A stretch of DNA of 64,000 nt. Origin: an uncultured delta proteobacterium (GTDB taxonomy: Bacteria; Desulfobacterota; Zymogenia; Zymogenales; Zymogenaceae). This document shows positions 1 to 11,048 of the stretch, piece after piece. The notes beneath the pieces were generated by a model that saw nothing but the letters and a program-made list of their open reading frames with translations, was not told where the DNA came from and ran no database searches. The stretch is taken from the NCBI GenBank assembly GCA_963809875.1, contig CAWELC010000005.1, positions 152,836 through 216,835 of the forward strand, in the 5' to 3' direction. Every line of letters begins with the position of its first letter. Positions within the stretch are counted from its first letter, which is position 1. The position numbers were made by a program, and so were the translations under genes.

Positions 1-423
1 GATCGGTTCGTGACCGACGGAGGAGGGCTCCTGGCCGTCCACGGAGCGTCGGCATCGTTCAAGAAGACCCCACACTACTTTGACATCCTTGGGGGACGCT
101 TTCTGACCCACGGCAGGATCGGACCCTATACCGTGCTGAGGACCGGCTGGGCCGATCCCGCCTTCACGGTCGGCGAGCCCTTTACCGTGACCGACGAGCT
201 CTATATCCACCACTACCGGGACGACGCGACGATCCAGTACGTGACCCAGACCAAAGACGGACTGGAGCCGGTGGTTTGGACCAGGCTCCACGGCAGGGGC
301 CGGGTCTGCTATATCTCCCTGGGGCACGCGGCGGCGGTGCTCCGGGACAACTCGGTGAGGCAGATCATCTCCGACGCCCTGTCGTACATACTGAGACTCG
401 GCCGCGAGGGCAAAAATGGGTAA
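1..423 (+). CDS. ThuA-like (trehalose-utilisation, GATase1-like fold) protein, 5'-partial at window edge
   Basis: ORF 10..423 is open to position 1. The C-terminal motif GRVCYISLGH and the overall composition match ThuA-family proteins. These commonly sit next to a Gfo/Idh/MocA oxidoreductase, as is the case here. Confidence 0.5.
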   Translation, partial: DRFVTDGGGLLAVHGASASFKKTPHYFDILGGRFLTHGRIGPYTVLRTGWADPAFTVGEPFTVTDELYIHHYRDDATIQYVTQTKDGLEPVVWTRLHGRGRVCYISLGHAAAVLRDNSVRQIISDALSYILRLGREGKNG

Positions 424-1444
424 ACTCAAAATAGCGATCGTCGGCTGCGGGGATATCGCCCGCTTCACCGCCGTGGGTTGCCTCCTGAACCCAAGGATTA
501 GGGCCGAGGCCTGTATGGACGTCGATGAGACGAAGGCCCGATCGTTTGCGCGGCGCTACCGCATCGGACGCTCCTTTGGGGACTACGACGATATGCTCGC
601 CCGCGCCGGTGTGGACGCGGTGTATCTGGCCGTACCCCACTACCTGCACCGGCCCATGATAGAAAAGGCGGTCAAGCGGGGCCTTGCGGTCCTCTGCGAA
701 AAGCCGATCGCCGCGACGATGGATGACGCGCTGGAGATCTGCCGGCTTTCGGAGAGCGCCGGGGTCAAGGTCGGCATCAACTACCAGTATCGCTACGACG
801 CGGGCTGCTATGCCCTTGTCGAGGCCGCGAGGAGAGGCGAGCTCGGTGAGCGGCTGTACGGCCGCTGCAACATACCCTGGCACCGCACGAAGGACTATTT
901 CGGCGACTCTCCGTGGCATGCGAGCAGGCAAAAGAGCGGGGGGGGGACACTCCTCACCCAGGCCAGTCACATCATCGACATCTCGCTGGCGGCCCTTGGA
1001 GGGGAACCGGTGAGCGTCCACGGCTGCGTGGCCCGGCGGGTTTTTTCCGAAGTCGAGGTCGAGGATCTCGGGATGGGGATCGTGAGCCTCTCCAGCGGCG
1101 CGCTGCTTTCGGTGACCAGCTCTATGATCGCCGTCCCCGAGCGACCGGCTACCATCGAGATCTACGGAAGCCGCGCTACGGGCCTTTACACCGGATCGGT
1201 CTTGCCGAAGGTGCGGTTTCTCGGGGCGCGGGTCAGGCGGGAGCGCCCGCCCGTGTGGGGGCTGCACGCCCTGTTCAGGAGTATCGAGGGCTTCCGCCGC
1301 TGGGTGTGCGATGGCGAGCCCTACCTCGTCCCGGCCTCGTCGGCACTCAGGGTCCTGGCGGTGGTGGAGGCGCTCTACCGCTCCGCCGAAAGCGGCGCCC
1401 GCCAACCGGTTGATGACCGGTACCGCCAATTCATTGCGACATAA
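416..1444 (+). CDS. Gfo/Idh/MocA family NAD(P)-dependent oxidoreductase
   Basis: 342 aa. N-terminal Rossmann motif KIAIVGCGDIA, then EKP and a C-terminal alpha/beta domain typical of the family. The start overlaps the upstream ThuA-like gene by 8 nt. Confidence 0.8.
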   Translation: MGKLKIAIVGCGDIARFTAVGCLLNPRIRAEACMDVDETKARSFARRYRIGRSFGDYDDMLARAGVDAVYLAVPHYLHRPMIEKAVKRGLAVLCEKPIAATMDDALEICRLSESAGVKVGINYQYRYDAGCYALVEAARRGELGERLYGRCNIPWHRTKDYFGDSPWHASRQKSGGGTLLTQASHIIDISLAALGGEPVSVHGCVARRVFSEVEVEDLGMGIVSLSSGALLSVTSSMIAVPERPATIEIYGSRATGLYTGSVLPKVRFLGARVRRERPPVWGLHALFRSIEGFRRWVCDGEPYLVPASSALRVLAVVEALYRSAESGARQPVDDRYRQFIAT

Positions 1445-1490
1445 GACGTATGGACTCTTCTGGCTTTTTTCAAAATCGAGTGAGGTTTAT

Positions 1491-2933
1491 ATGAAAAAGC
1501 TCAATGAGGGAAAGCTACCGCTGTCTACAAAGATCGGTTTCGGCGTCGGTGACATCTACGGCGGCGGCTCAATGATGATCATCGGGTTTTACTACCTCTA
1601 CTTTCTCACCGATGTGGTGCTGCTGACGCCGGCGCTGGCGGGGGTTGTCATCCTCGTCAGCAAGGCCTGGGACGCGGTGACCGACCCGATCATGGGCGTC
1701 ATCTCCGACCGGACCCGGACACGCTTCGGGAGGAGGCGGCCCTACTTTTTGGCGGGCATCGTCCTCATCTTCCTATCCTTTTTTGCCATGTGGTACCCGG
1801 TCGATTTTACCAAGGAGCTCCACCGCTTTATCTACATCATCGTGGCATACGTCTTTTTCTCCTCCGTCATCACCATGGTGATGATACCGTATAATGCGCT
1901 CGTCCCGGAGCTGACCCCGGATTACAATGAGCGGACGTCACTGACCAGCTTTCGGATATTCTTCTCCGGATTTTCCTCTCTGGTGTGCGCCGTGGTGCCC
2001 TGGGAGATCGTCAAGGCATTCAAGCCCAATATCGATACCGGTTTCATCGTTATGGCGACGGCCTTCGGCCTCTTTTTCGCCCTCCCGTTCATCGCCACGT
2101 TCCTGACCACACGGGAACGACCCGAGTTTCAGCAGGACACGATGCCGTTTACCCTCAAGCGGACTTTCATTGAGCCGTTCAAGACCCCTACGTTCGTCAG
2201 CGTCCTGCTCATGTATGTATTTGCGTTCGTCGCCATGGATATGGTGATGTCGGTCATCATCTACTTCATGACCTACTACGTCGGAAGGCAGGATGAGACA
2301 AACTATGTCCTCGGGGTGCTGCTGGTGGTTCAGCTCGCGGTCATCCCTCTCTATTACCTGTTCAGCAAGCGCACGAGCAAAAAGACCGCCTTTATCACCG
2401 CGGTCGTCTTCTGGATCTGCTCCATGACGCTGAGCTTTGCGATCGGTCCCGATTCCCCGACCTTCCTGATATATCTGTTCGGGGCGCTCGTGGGCGCCGG
2501 CACCGGGGGGGTCGTCATCATGATCTATGCCATTTTCCCGGACATCCCGGACATCGATGAGCTTTACTCCGGCGTCCGCCGCGAGGGGCTCTATTCGGGC
2601 ATGTTCACCTTTATGCGCAAGCTCAGCTCGGCCGCGGGCCTCTTTGCCGTCTCGACGATCATCGGGTGGGCCGGCTATCGGGCGCCCGTGGACGGCCTCC
2701 AGCAGCTCCAGAGCGACCAGTTTATCCTGGTGCTGCGCATCATCTTTGTTGCCGTGCCGGCCGTGATGCTGGCGCTCTGTCTGGCCAGCGCAGTCTCCTT
2801 TTCGCTTACGCCCTCTCTTCACGGGCGGATAAAGGAGTTCCTCGAGAGGCGCCGGACGGCCGCGGGACTCGTAGGCGATATGTCGGCCGAGGAGCGGCAG
2901 CTTAAACAGATACTGGAGAAGGGGGGGAGATGA
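1491..2933 (+). CDS. MFS transporter, glycoside-pentoside-hexuronide (GPH) cation symporter family
   Basis: Start trimmed to the ATG at 1491 (M61 of the 540-aa ORF), which has a GAGG RBS upstream. N-terminal GPH signature LSxxxKxGFGVGDIYGG, a D..R.R.G.RRP loop and about 12 predicted TM helices. Confidence 0.8.
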   Translation: MKKLNEGKLPLSTKIGFGVGDIYGGGSMMIIGFYYLYFLTDVVLLTPALAGVVILVSKAWDAVTDPIMGVISDRTRTRFGRRRPYFLAGIVLIFLSFFAMWYPVDFTKELHRFIYIIVAYVFFSSVITMVMIPYNALVPELTPDYNERTSLTSFRIFFSGFSSLVCAVVPWEIVKAFKPNIDTGFIVMATAFGLFFALPFIATFLTTRERPEFQQDTMPFTLKRTFIEPFKTPTFVSVLLMYVFAFVAMDMVMSVIIYFMTYYVGRQDETNYVLGVLLVVQLAVIPLYYLFSKRTSKKTAFITAVVFWICSMTLSFAIGPDSPTFLIYLFGALVGAGTGGVVIMIYAIFPDIPDIDELYSGVRREGLYSGMFTFMRKLSSAAGLFAVSTIIGWAGYRAPVDGLQQLQSDQFILVLRIIFVAVPAVMLALCLASAVSFSLTPSLHGRIKEFLERRRTAAGLVGDMSAEERQLKQILEKGGR

Positions 2934-4998
2934 CCCGACCCAAGGAGAAGTCAGGCCGGAACGAAAAGGCTTTCGTGCACGAGTTTTTCGACACAGCCGG
3001 CATGGCCGACTTTACGTTCAGGAACGTCGGCCCGCCACCCCGGGACTACCCCACCGCGACCCCCGATAGATACAGCGCGCGGCCCTTTGCCGGGACCTAT
3101 CGGCAGCGGCGGGAGGCCCTGATCGATCACTGTCTGGCAAACCCGGCGGGCCCCAACATCAAAGGCTACTACTACGAGCTGGTGCGGATCGCCTGTGACC
3201 GGGGGCCCGTACATGAGTCGCTGATCGAGGCGGCGCTCGACTATATCGATGAGCGCCGCGACTGTTCGGACTTCGTCATGCTGGGCATCGTGCGCCTCCT
3301 GTACCAGCTGAAGGGAAAGCGGCTCTGCAGCAGGCGGCTCCTCGATCATGCCGAGCGAACGCTGCTCGGCTTCAAATATGAGCCGGAGGAGCCCGGCATC
3401 GATTCCATGTGCTACTGGACCGAAAACCACTACATCATGTTCGCCGCAAACCAGTACCTGGCGGGCAGGCTCTATGCTGACCGCGTCTTCACCAACTCCG
3501 GGCGGAGTGGCCGGCGGGCTGCCGCCCGGGCCGAGCAGCGAATCCTGAAGTGGCTGGAGCTGAGGTATCAAACGGGTTTCTCGGAGTGGCTCTCCCATAT
3601 CTACTACGACGAGGACATTACGGCCCTTACCAACCTCATTGATTTTGCCGGAGACCCGGTCATCGTCCGGAAGGCCGAGATCGTGCTCGATCTTCTGTTT
3701 CTCGACATGGCCCTCAATTCGTACCGCGGCTCCTTCGGCTCGTCCCACGGGCGCAGCTACGGGGCCGAAAAGCGCAACGCCGCCGTCGAGTCGACCACCG
3801 ATACCGAAAAGCTGATGTTCGGCACGGGCGTCTTTGCGGGTGCGGACAATATGGGGGCGGTCTCTCTCGCGCTCGGCAACAGCTACCGTCTTCCCCGCGC
3901 CGTCTACGAGATCGCCATGATCGCGAACGGCCGGCCACGATCAACCGCCAGCGAATGGGTATCCGGATCGGGGAGGCGGCCCGCTGGGGGCTCTCGTACG
4001 ACGATATGGAGAGCGGCGCGCATTTCCTGACGCTGGAGGCATACCTCCATCCCAAAACCGTCAACCTTGTGCTGCGGATGTTTGACGCCTACCGGTGGTG
4101 GGATAACCAGTTCTTCTCCCCCTTCAAGCCGTTTAAGCCGCTCATCCGGGTCCTTCGAGCGATGGGCCTCATGCCCGTCCTGGCATGGCTTTTCGAGAAG
4201 GACGTGTGCCGCAATACCCGGGAGGAGGTAAACCTCTACACCTACAGGACTCCCGACTATATGATAAGCAGCGCCCAGGACTACCGCGCCGGCTACGGGG
4301 GGGACCAGCAGCATATCTGGCAGGCGACCCTCTCGCCGACAGCCGTCTGCTTCACCACCCACCCGGGTCACCGTGAGGATACGAGCGCCGGCTACTGGGT
4401 CGGGTCGGGCACGCTGCCGCGGGTGGCCCAGATAGAGAACGTGGTCGTCGCCTGCTACAATATATCGCGGATGCCGGGCCTCTATATGACCAACAAGCTC
4501 TTCTTCACGCATGCCTGGTTTCCGCGGGCGGCCTTCGACGAGGTCCGGGAGGAAGCGGGCTGGATCTTCGGGAGGAAGGCCGACGGCTACATCGCCCTCT
4601 TCTCGAAAAACGGCTACCGGTGGCAGACGGAGGGACCGGACGCGGGCTGTGAGGTCATCTCCGACGGGACGAGAAACATCTGGATCTGCGAGATGGGAAG
4701 CAGGGCAAAGGACGGCACGTTTGCCGCTTTCGCGGAAAAGATATCCGGCGCGAGGATCGGCTTTCGGGGTCTCTCGGTCGTCTACGATTCACCCGCACTC
4801 GGGACGATCCGCTTCGGCTGGAGGGGAAGTCTGACCAGAAACGGTTCGAACGTTTCCCTGCGAGACTACCCGCGCTACGAGAACCACTACACCCGTGTCC
4901 CGTTCCCGGCAGAAGATATCACGATCGTATGCGGCAAGCAGCGACTGCGGCTCAACCTGGGCGAGGGGACCAGGGAGGCGAGCTCCTTTACGGAATAA
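2930..4998 (+). CDS. Hypothetical ~690-aa protein (possible polysaccharide lyase/hydrolase-like), interrupted by an apparent frameshift near 3955-4030
   Basis: Two overlapping ORFs (2930..4030 frame 2 and 3955..4998 frame 1) read as one protein if a single-base indel is assumed. The call comes from neighbourhood only (sugar transporters, ThuA/Gfo). No confident family assignment. Confidence 0.45.
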
Positions 4999-5100
4999 AG
5001 ACGGCAGACCGGCCCGAAGCCCTTCGCCGCCACGATTTAGGCCGGCCGATGAGGATGCCGCGCCCGCTTGCCTCCCTTACAGGTTTGTGTGACCGGCCTC

Positions 5101-6469
5101 CTACGCGTGGGAGGAGCCCCTCCGGTCATTTTCCAGCTTCTGGACCATTTCGTGGTGCATCTTTTCGCTGATCGGGTAAAAGCTGATAACGATGATCCCG
5201 GCTATGATCAGGACGATCGGCGCAAAGATCATCAGCACCCGGATGCCTTCCAGCACCTGCGGGCTCTGGACCTTGTTTGCCTCAAACCCGATGTACCCGA
5301 GGCCCTGCCCGGCAATAAAACCCGCCAAGGCAGAGGCGAGCTTCTGGCCGAAGAAAGACGTCCCGTAGAGGATGCCTTCGCGCCTGAGGCCGGTCTTCAG
5401 CTCGCCGTACTCGACGGTGTCCGGCACCATCGCCCAGGGGCTCAGGAAGCTGGTCGATATCCCGATGCCGCCCAGGCAAAACGCAACGATAATAAGCACC
5501 GGGTTAAACTCCCTGATGAAATAGACGACGCACAGCGCCACGGCCAAAAGTCCCATACCCATATTGAACGCCGCCTTCTTGCTTACCTTCTTTGAGACTG
5601 TCACCCATAGCGGCAGGGCCAGCGCCGCCGGCACGAAGATGCACAGGAATGCCACCGTCGCAAAAGCCTCCCGGTTCATGTTGTACTTAAAGAAGTAGTT
5701 GACCATGGCGGCCAAGATTCCCAGGGCGGCCAGGTGCAGGATCGTCCCGAGTGAGACGATCAGGAACGGGCCGTTGCTGAAGATGGTCTTTGCAATATCC
5801 GCCAGCTTGTAGTGCTCGGTGTCTCGTTCATCGACGACTTCTCTTACCGAGAAGAAGGTCACGTAGGTGACTGCCACCGCCACGATCCCGAAGATGGCGG
5901 CGGTCATCCTGAAGCCGATCACCTCATTGGGGAAGAGGGCCACCAGGGGCTTCATAGAACCGGCGACGACCAGCGCCCCCATAAGCGCAAAGAAGGTGCG
6001 AACTCCGGATAGTTTCGACCGCTCGTGAGAATCGAGAGTCATGGAGGCGGCCAGCGCCCCGTAAGGAACGTTCACGACGGCGTAGAAGCTGCAGAATAAG
6101 ACAAACAAGATCATCCCGTAGTAGGGTTTGAATGCCGGCGGCATTGGAGGTGAGGCGAACAGGAGAAAGAAAAAGACGCCCAGGGGAATTGCGCCGAACA
6201 GGAGGTAGGGCCGTTTCTTACCCCACCGGGTTCGGGTCCGGTCAGAGAAATACCCGACGATGGGATCGCTGACGGCGTCCCATGCCTTGGCGACCAGGAA
6301 GATCGTCCCGGCGATCGAGGCGGCGATCCCGAACACGTCGGTAAAGAAGAAAATGAGGAATATAAGGGTTGACTGAAACACCAGATTGGCGCCGAAATCG
6401 CCCGACGCCGAAACCGACCCTCGTCCTCACTGAAAGACGCCCGTCTTGAGAGACTCCCGCTTCTTTCAT
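5101..6469 (-). CDS. MFS transporter, GPH symporter family; apparent frameshift near the N-terminus (~6400)
   Basis: The 426-aa ORF 5101..6381 shows GPH motifs (DAVSDPIVGYFSDRTRTRWGKKRPY). The true N-terminus MKEAGV..LSVRTRVGFGVG lies in ORF 6242..6469 in another frame. GDFGANLVFQST is restored by removing one G from a GGG run. Confidence 0.7.
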
Positions 6470-6650
6470 AAGGTATCCCCTGTAAACAAAGATGTTAGAT
6501 CATAGGAACTCGCCCGGTCGATAGGGCGATTGCGAATTGACGTTACGGCCATACGTCCCGGCTATCATTACAGTATGTGCTCGACGCACCGTTTCGAAAA
6601 CCACGTCCGGTCCGGAGAGAACAGTGGTACGACTCACGCAATTCGGGCGG

Positions 6651-7718
6651 CTATCTTTTAATCCTGCCGGTTGCCTCGCCCCCGACGAGCGCCATGATCT
6701 CTTCGAGACCGCAAAGGTTCCAGTCGCCCTGGATGGAGTGGGCCAGGCACGAGGCGGCCGCGGCGAACTCGAGGGTCTCGGAGAGGCCGGAAAAATGGCT
6801 CAATCCATATATGAGCCCCGCCGCGAAGCTGTCTCCCCCGCCAACCCGATCGACGATGTGCGTGATATCATACTTCCTTGAGAATATGACCTTGCCGCCG
6901 TCGGACAGGAGTGCGCCCCATCGATTGGACGACGCCGATTGGCTCTCCCTCAGCGTAATCGCGATGATCCCGGCGCCGGGATAGCGTTTCAGGACGTCTC
7001 GGGTGAGCTTCTCGTAGCGGGCCTGATCGATGACGCCCGAGCCGGGGTCGATGTCCAGGCCGATGCCGAGCGACTTCTGGCAGTCTTCCTCATTGGCGAT
7101 GATCACGTCCGCATAATCGACCAGCTCCCCCATGACCTCCGGCGCCGTCTTTCCCCATTTCCAGAGATTGGCGCGGTAGTTGAGATCGATCGAGATGATA
7201 AGGCCGCGTTCCTTTGCCGCCGCCAGCGCGGTCGCGGACTGATCCGCGGCGTTCCTGGACAGGGCCGGGGTAATGCCGGTGAGGTGAAACCACCCGCAGC
7301 CGGAAAAGAGTGCGTTCCAGTCGATAGCCCCGGGGGCGATTTCGGAGACGGCCGACGGCGCCCGGTCATAGATAACCCGGGAGGGCCGCTGGCTTGCGCC
7401 CTTCTCCAGGAAATAGATGCCCATGCGGGAACCCGGGACCAACAGCACGTGATCGGTATCGACGCCGAACCCGCGCAGCTGCCGGAGTGCGGCCCGGGCG
7501 ATATCGTTTTTCGGCAATGCGGTAGCATAGCGGGTGTTTACCCCCAGGCAGGCCAGGCTGACCAGGACGTTGGCCTCGCCGCCGCCGAAAGTCGCCGAGA
7601 GAAGAGGCGACTGGAGCAGCCGCTCATAGTCCGGCGATGCGAGCCGCAGCATGATCTCGCCGAAAGCGGCAAATATCTTTTCCTTTGGATTGACCTTTCG
7701 TATCTTGTCGATGGACAT
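6651..7718 (-). CDS. kdgK: 2-dehydro-3-deoxygluconokinase (PfkB family sugar kinase)
   Basis: 355 aa. N-terminal GEIMLRL...GGGEANV and C-terminal GGGDSFAAG ribokinase/PfkB motifs. Lies next to a KDPG aldolase gene. Confidence 0.75.
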   Translation of the reverse strand: MSIDKIRKVNPKEKIFAAFGEIMLRLASPDYERLLQSPLLSATFGGGEANVLVSLACLGVNTRYATALPKNDIARAALRQLRGFGVDTDHVLLVPGSRMGIYFLEKGASQRPSRVIYDRAPSAVSEIAPGAIDWNALFSGCGWFHLTGITPALSRNAADQSATALAAAKERGLIISIDLNYRANLWKWGKTAPEVMGELVDYADVIIANEEDCQKSLGIGLDIDPGSGVIDQARYEKLTRDVLKRYPGAGIIAITLRESQSASSNRWGALLSDGGKVIFSRKYDITHIVDRVGGGDSFAAGLIYGLSHFSGLSETLEFAAAASCLAHSIQGDWNLCGLEEIMALVGGEATGRIKR

Positions 7719-7731
7719 ATCAATACTCCGG

Positions 7732-8412
7732 TTAGCTTTTCATCTTCCTGATCTTTGTGATAATCTGGACGGCCTCGCGTATCTTCTTTGACAGGCCGGT
7801 AAAATCTCCCCGTTTCACGAGATCTGCGGTGATGAGGGCCGACCCGATGCCGACGCAGACGACTCCCGCCCCAAACCATGCCGAGAGAGACTCCTCGGTG
7901 GGATCGACCCCCCCGGTGGGCATCAGCTCCGCCCAGGGCATGGGCCCCCGTACCGCCCTGACAAACGACGGGCCCCCGACCTCCCCGCCGGGAAATATCT
8001 TGCAGATTTCGACGCCCAGCCGATGGGCCCGGTGTATCTCGGTGGCGCTTCCGCACCCCGGGCAGTAGGGGATCTTTCGGGCGTTGCACACCAGCGCGGT
8101 GTCCTCGTCGAGCACCGGCCCGACCACGAAGTTGGCGCCGCTGCCGATATAGACGGCAGCAGTCGGGGCGTCGACAATCGAACCCACCCCCAGGACCACG
8201 TTGGGCCGCTCTTTGACGCAGTATGCCTCCAGCTGCGCAAATAGTGAGGCGGCGCCGTCACCCCGGTTGGTGAATTCAACGACGGGAGCGCCCCCATCGT
8301 GGCAGGCCGCGATGATCCGGGCACCCACCTCCGCCTCGGGATGGTAAAAGACCGCCACCAGGCCGATCTCCTTCATCATCGAAAGGGTTTTGAGTCGAGA
8401 AAAGCGCGCCAT
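7732..8412 (-). CDS. eda: 2-dehydro-3-deoxy-phosphogluconate (KDPG)/KHG aldolase
   Basis: Start trimmed to MARFSRLKTL at 8412, with an AGGAGG RBS. The length and conserved Gly-rich segments match the Eda family. Confidence 0.75.
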   Translation of the reverse strand: MARFSRLKTLSMMKEIGLVAVFYHPEAEVGARIIAACHDGGAPVVEFTNRGDGAASLFAQLEAYCVKERPNVVLGVGSIVDAPTAAVYIGSGANFVVGPVLDEDTALVCNARKIPYCPGCGSATEIHRAHRLGVEICKIFPGGEVGGPSFVRAVRGPMPWAELMPTGGVDPTEESLSAWFGAGVVCVGIGSALITADLVKRGDFTGLSKKIREAVQIITKIRKMKS

Positions 8413-8432
8413 TGCCGGCCTCCTGTTATATC

Positions 8433-9531
8433 CTATATCGCCGTCCACAAAGAGCCCTTCCCCCGATCGGCGACGATGCGAAGAGATACCGGGTATCCGT
8501 GGCAGATGATCGGCCCACCGGCGGCCGGGGGAGTCGATCCGTACAATATCACGGTGATTAGATGGCCTTCCACTGAAATTCGTCCGTCTGCGACGGCCTT
8601 CTTAAAGATGGAGATCGTCTCTCTCACGCCGCTGTTGAGCGGGGTTACTCTCAGCCCGCCGAGCAGGGCGACGAGCGGGGCGTTATCGATCTCTTCGGGG
8701 AAGGGGAGGGGTTTTTCGTCATAGGTGATCTTCCCCCGCAAGGAAGGCTCGACCGCTTCGATCTCCCGGATAACGTCATCTATCCCGACCGTCTCGCCCC
8801 CGAGGTTGAAGACCTCGGATCCCTTGATCGTTGCCCGCGCGGCTCCGATAAACGCCCGCGGCCGTATCGTCGGCGTATTGGAATCCGAAACGTCCCCCGT
8901 ACGTGATGTGAAACGGTTTTCCGGCCGCCGCCGCGAGCATCGCCTTGGTGGGGGTGGAGGTGAGCCCCTGGTCCCTGCCCGGGCCATAGACGACGTAGGG
9001 CCGTATACCGACGCTCGAGATACCGTCCTCGATCCAGTAGACCCCGGCCGTGCCCTCGTTTGCCTGTTTGTAGACGCCGTAGTGGGAGCGGGGCAAAAGC
9101 GGGGCGTCGTGAGCCAGGGGTCCGGCGGGATACTCCTGGCGGGGGCCGTAGACGGCTGTGCTGCTGGCAAATACAACGTGGCCGATCCCGCACCTCTTGG
9201 CCGCCTCGAATATATTTACCGTTCCCTGCACGTTCACGGCGGCGCCCTTTGGCGGATCGGCCTTGCAGAACGGCAGCTGCATCGCGGCAAGATGGATGAT
9301 ACGGGTTATTCCATTTTCGGCGAGGGCGCGCTGGATCGCACCGATATCGACAATATCCCCCGTGATGACCCTGATCCGGGAGATTTCATCCTCTTCCATG
9401 ATGAGCCGTAGGCGATGAAGGTCTCCCCCCCGCACGAAAGCGGCGGTGAAGGTTCCTTCTCGGATGAGGTTGCGCGCTACCCACGCCCCGATGCACCCCG
9501 TTGCTCCTGTGACCAGAAATCTCTCTTCCAT
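8433..9531 (-). CDS. NAD-dependent epimerase/dehydratase (extended SDR), apparent frameshift near 8885
   Basis: The N-terminal ORF 8776..9531 has VTGATGCIG and a YxxxK catalytic motif. The C-terminal part (RAFIGAARA...FNLGG) is in ORF 8433..9176. The two are joined by a 1-nt indel at a GCCGCGGGCG run. Confidence 0.65.
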
Positions 9532-9545
9532 ATCTGTGGCTCCCG

Positions 9546-10274
9546 TTACACGTCTTTCGCGTTCTGTATCTCTTTCATCCGATCTTCAATGTGCGAGAGG
9601 TGATCGAGCATCGCCCTTTGCGCGGCGGCCGGGTCGCGCGATTTGAGCGCCTGGACGACGGTGTGATGATCCTTGATGGTCCGGCGCCTGACGTCAAGGC
9701 TTTCGGCGGTCCGTCGGCGGCTGAAGATGCTCAGCTGGCTTATCGAACGCATGAACAGCGCGAGGATCTTGTTCCCGGTGGCCTCCAGGATTTTCCGATG
9801 CAGCTCGAGGTCAATTTCCAGAAAGGTCTCGGGATCATTCAGGGCTTGCTCAGCCTGCTTCAGGCAGGCTTCGAGCTCGGCGATCTCCTCGTCGGTGATG
9901 GTGTGGGCTGCAAGCTCGGCAATCCCCACCTCGAGGATCTTTCGCGCTTCAAAGAGCTCAATATAGGTCGAATCGTTGAGAGTAAAGATAATGTCGAGAT
10001 GTTCGACGAGGCGTTCCGGCTCCAGCGACGTGATGTACGTCCCCGAGCCCTGGCGGTTGTCGATGATATTCATTATCTGAAGGGCCCTGAGCGCTTCACG
10101 CAGCGAAGGACGGCTCACGTTCATCATCGCCGCAAGCTCCCTCTCGGGCGGCAGCCGATCCCCCGGACGCAGCTGCTTTTCTTTGATGAGGTTCAGCAGC
10201 GAGTGCGCGATCTTCTCCGAGAGGACGTCCCTCTTGAGCGACTCGTAGGGGATATCGGCTATCTTCTTGCTCAT
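9546..10274 (-). CDS. GntR family transcriptional regulator (FadR/FCD C-terminal domain)
   Basis: 242 aa starting MSKKIADIPYESLKRDVLSEKI. Winged-HTH, then an FCD-like helical domain. The ATG overlaps the stop of the upstream SDR (ATGA). Confidence 0.8.
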   Translation of the reverse strand: MSKKIADIPYESLKRDVLSEKIAHSLLNLIKEKQLRPGDRLPPERELAAMMNVSRPSLREALRALQIMNIIDNRQGSGTYITSLEPERLVEHLDIIFTLNDSTYIELFEARKILEVGIAELAAHTITDEEIAELEACLKQAEQALNDPETFLEIDLELHRKILEATGNKILALFMRSISQLSIFSRRRTAESLDVRRRTIKDHHTVVQALKSRDPAAAQRAMLDHLSHIEDRMKEIQNAKDV

Positions 10275-11045
10275 TTTGCTACCCACCCGCAGTCGACCAG
10301 GAGGTCGGTGCCGGTGATGAACGAGGCCGTGTCGCCGGCCAGAAAGTATATCGACTCGGCGATCTCCGACGGATCGGCCCAGCGCTTGAAGGCCTGCTCG
10401 GCCTCCCTGATCTTCTTTACCTCGTCGTAGCTCTTTCCGGTCTTCTCCGACTCGATGCGGATGTCGCTTCGCAGCATCGGCGTATCCACGGAGCCGGGGC
10501 TCACGGAATTGACGCGGATGCCGTACGGCGCCAGCTCCCACGCGAGCGCCCTCGTGAGGGCAATGACCGCGCCCTTGGTCGCACCGTAGATGCGAATGAT
10601 CGACCTGCCCGACGTGGCCCGATACCGAGCCCATGTTCACGATCGACCCGCTCTTTTGCTTCTTCATGACGCGAATGACGTGCTTGCAGAAGAGGAAAAT
10701 CCCGCCCAGGTTCACGTTCACCACCCTCTGATACTCGTCCCACCGAATCTCATCGAGGGGGCGGACCAAAACGATCCCCGCGTTGTTGTTGAGCACGTCG
10801 ATGCGGCCGTGCTTTTCCACCGTCTTTTCGACAACCGAGGCGACATCGTTCTCGGCGGCGACGTCGCACACGAAGAAGTCGCACACGCCGCCGTCGGATT
10901 CTATTTCTCTGCTGATCTCATGGCCCCGATCGACGATATCGACCATCACGACGGCATATCCCCTGCGGGCAAACAGGCGTGCGGACGCCTCTCCGATCCC
11001 GTTGGCGGCCCCCGTGATCAGTGCCACTTTTTTTGACGTATTCAT
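10271..11045 (-). CDS. Short-chain dehydrogenase/reductase (SDR), apparent frameshift near 10600
   Basis: The N-terminal part has TGAANGIG and NNAG. The catalytic YGATKGAV and the C-terminus (ORF 10271..10504) are in another frame. One extra base sits in CATTCGCATC. Confidence 0.65.
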
Positions 11046-11048
11046 GGC

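Noticed and set aside
365-1429. 354-aa minus-strand ORF, and similar long antisense ORFs at 12047..14434 (+), 17875..19548 (-), 19789..21069 (-), 46855..47949 (-), 50706..51812 (+), 57812..59086 (+) and 37730..38695 (+)
   Set aside because: Each lies fully antisense to a gene with strong conserved motifs (Gfo/Idh/MocA, the M24 fusion, IlvD/EDD, ADH, KatG, aspartate kinase, AMP-ligase, the FG-GAP protein). They have Arg/Pro/Gly-rich, low-complexity translations typical of high-GC shadow ORFs.
9546-11045. 499-aa ORF that appears to fuse an SDR to a GntR regulator
   Set aside because: The middle ~110 residues are an out-of-frame read-through of the SDR C-terminus (Arg/Gly/His-rich nonsense). 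The correct SDR C-terminus lies in ORF 10271..10504. The GntR gene has its own ATG at 10274 overlapping the SDR stop.
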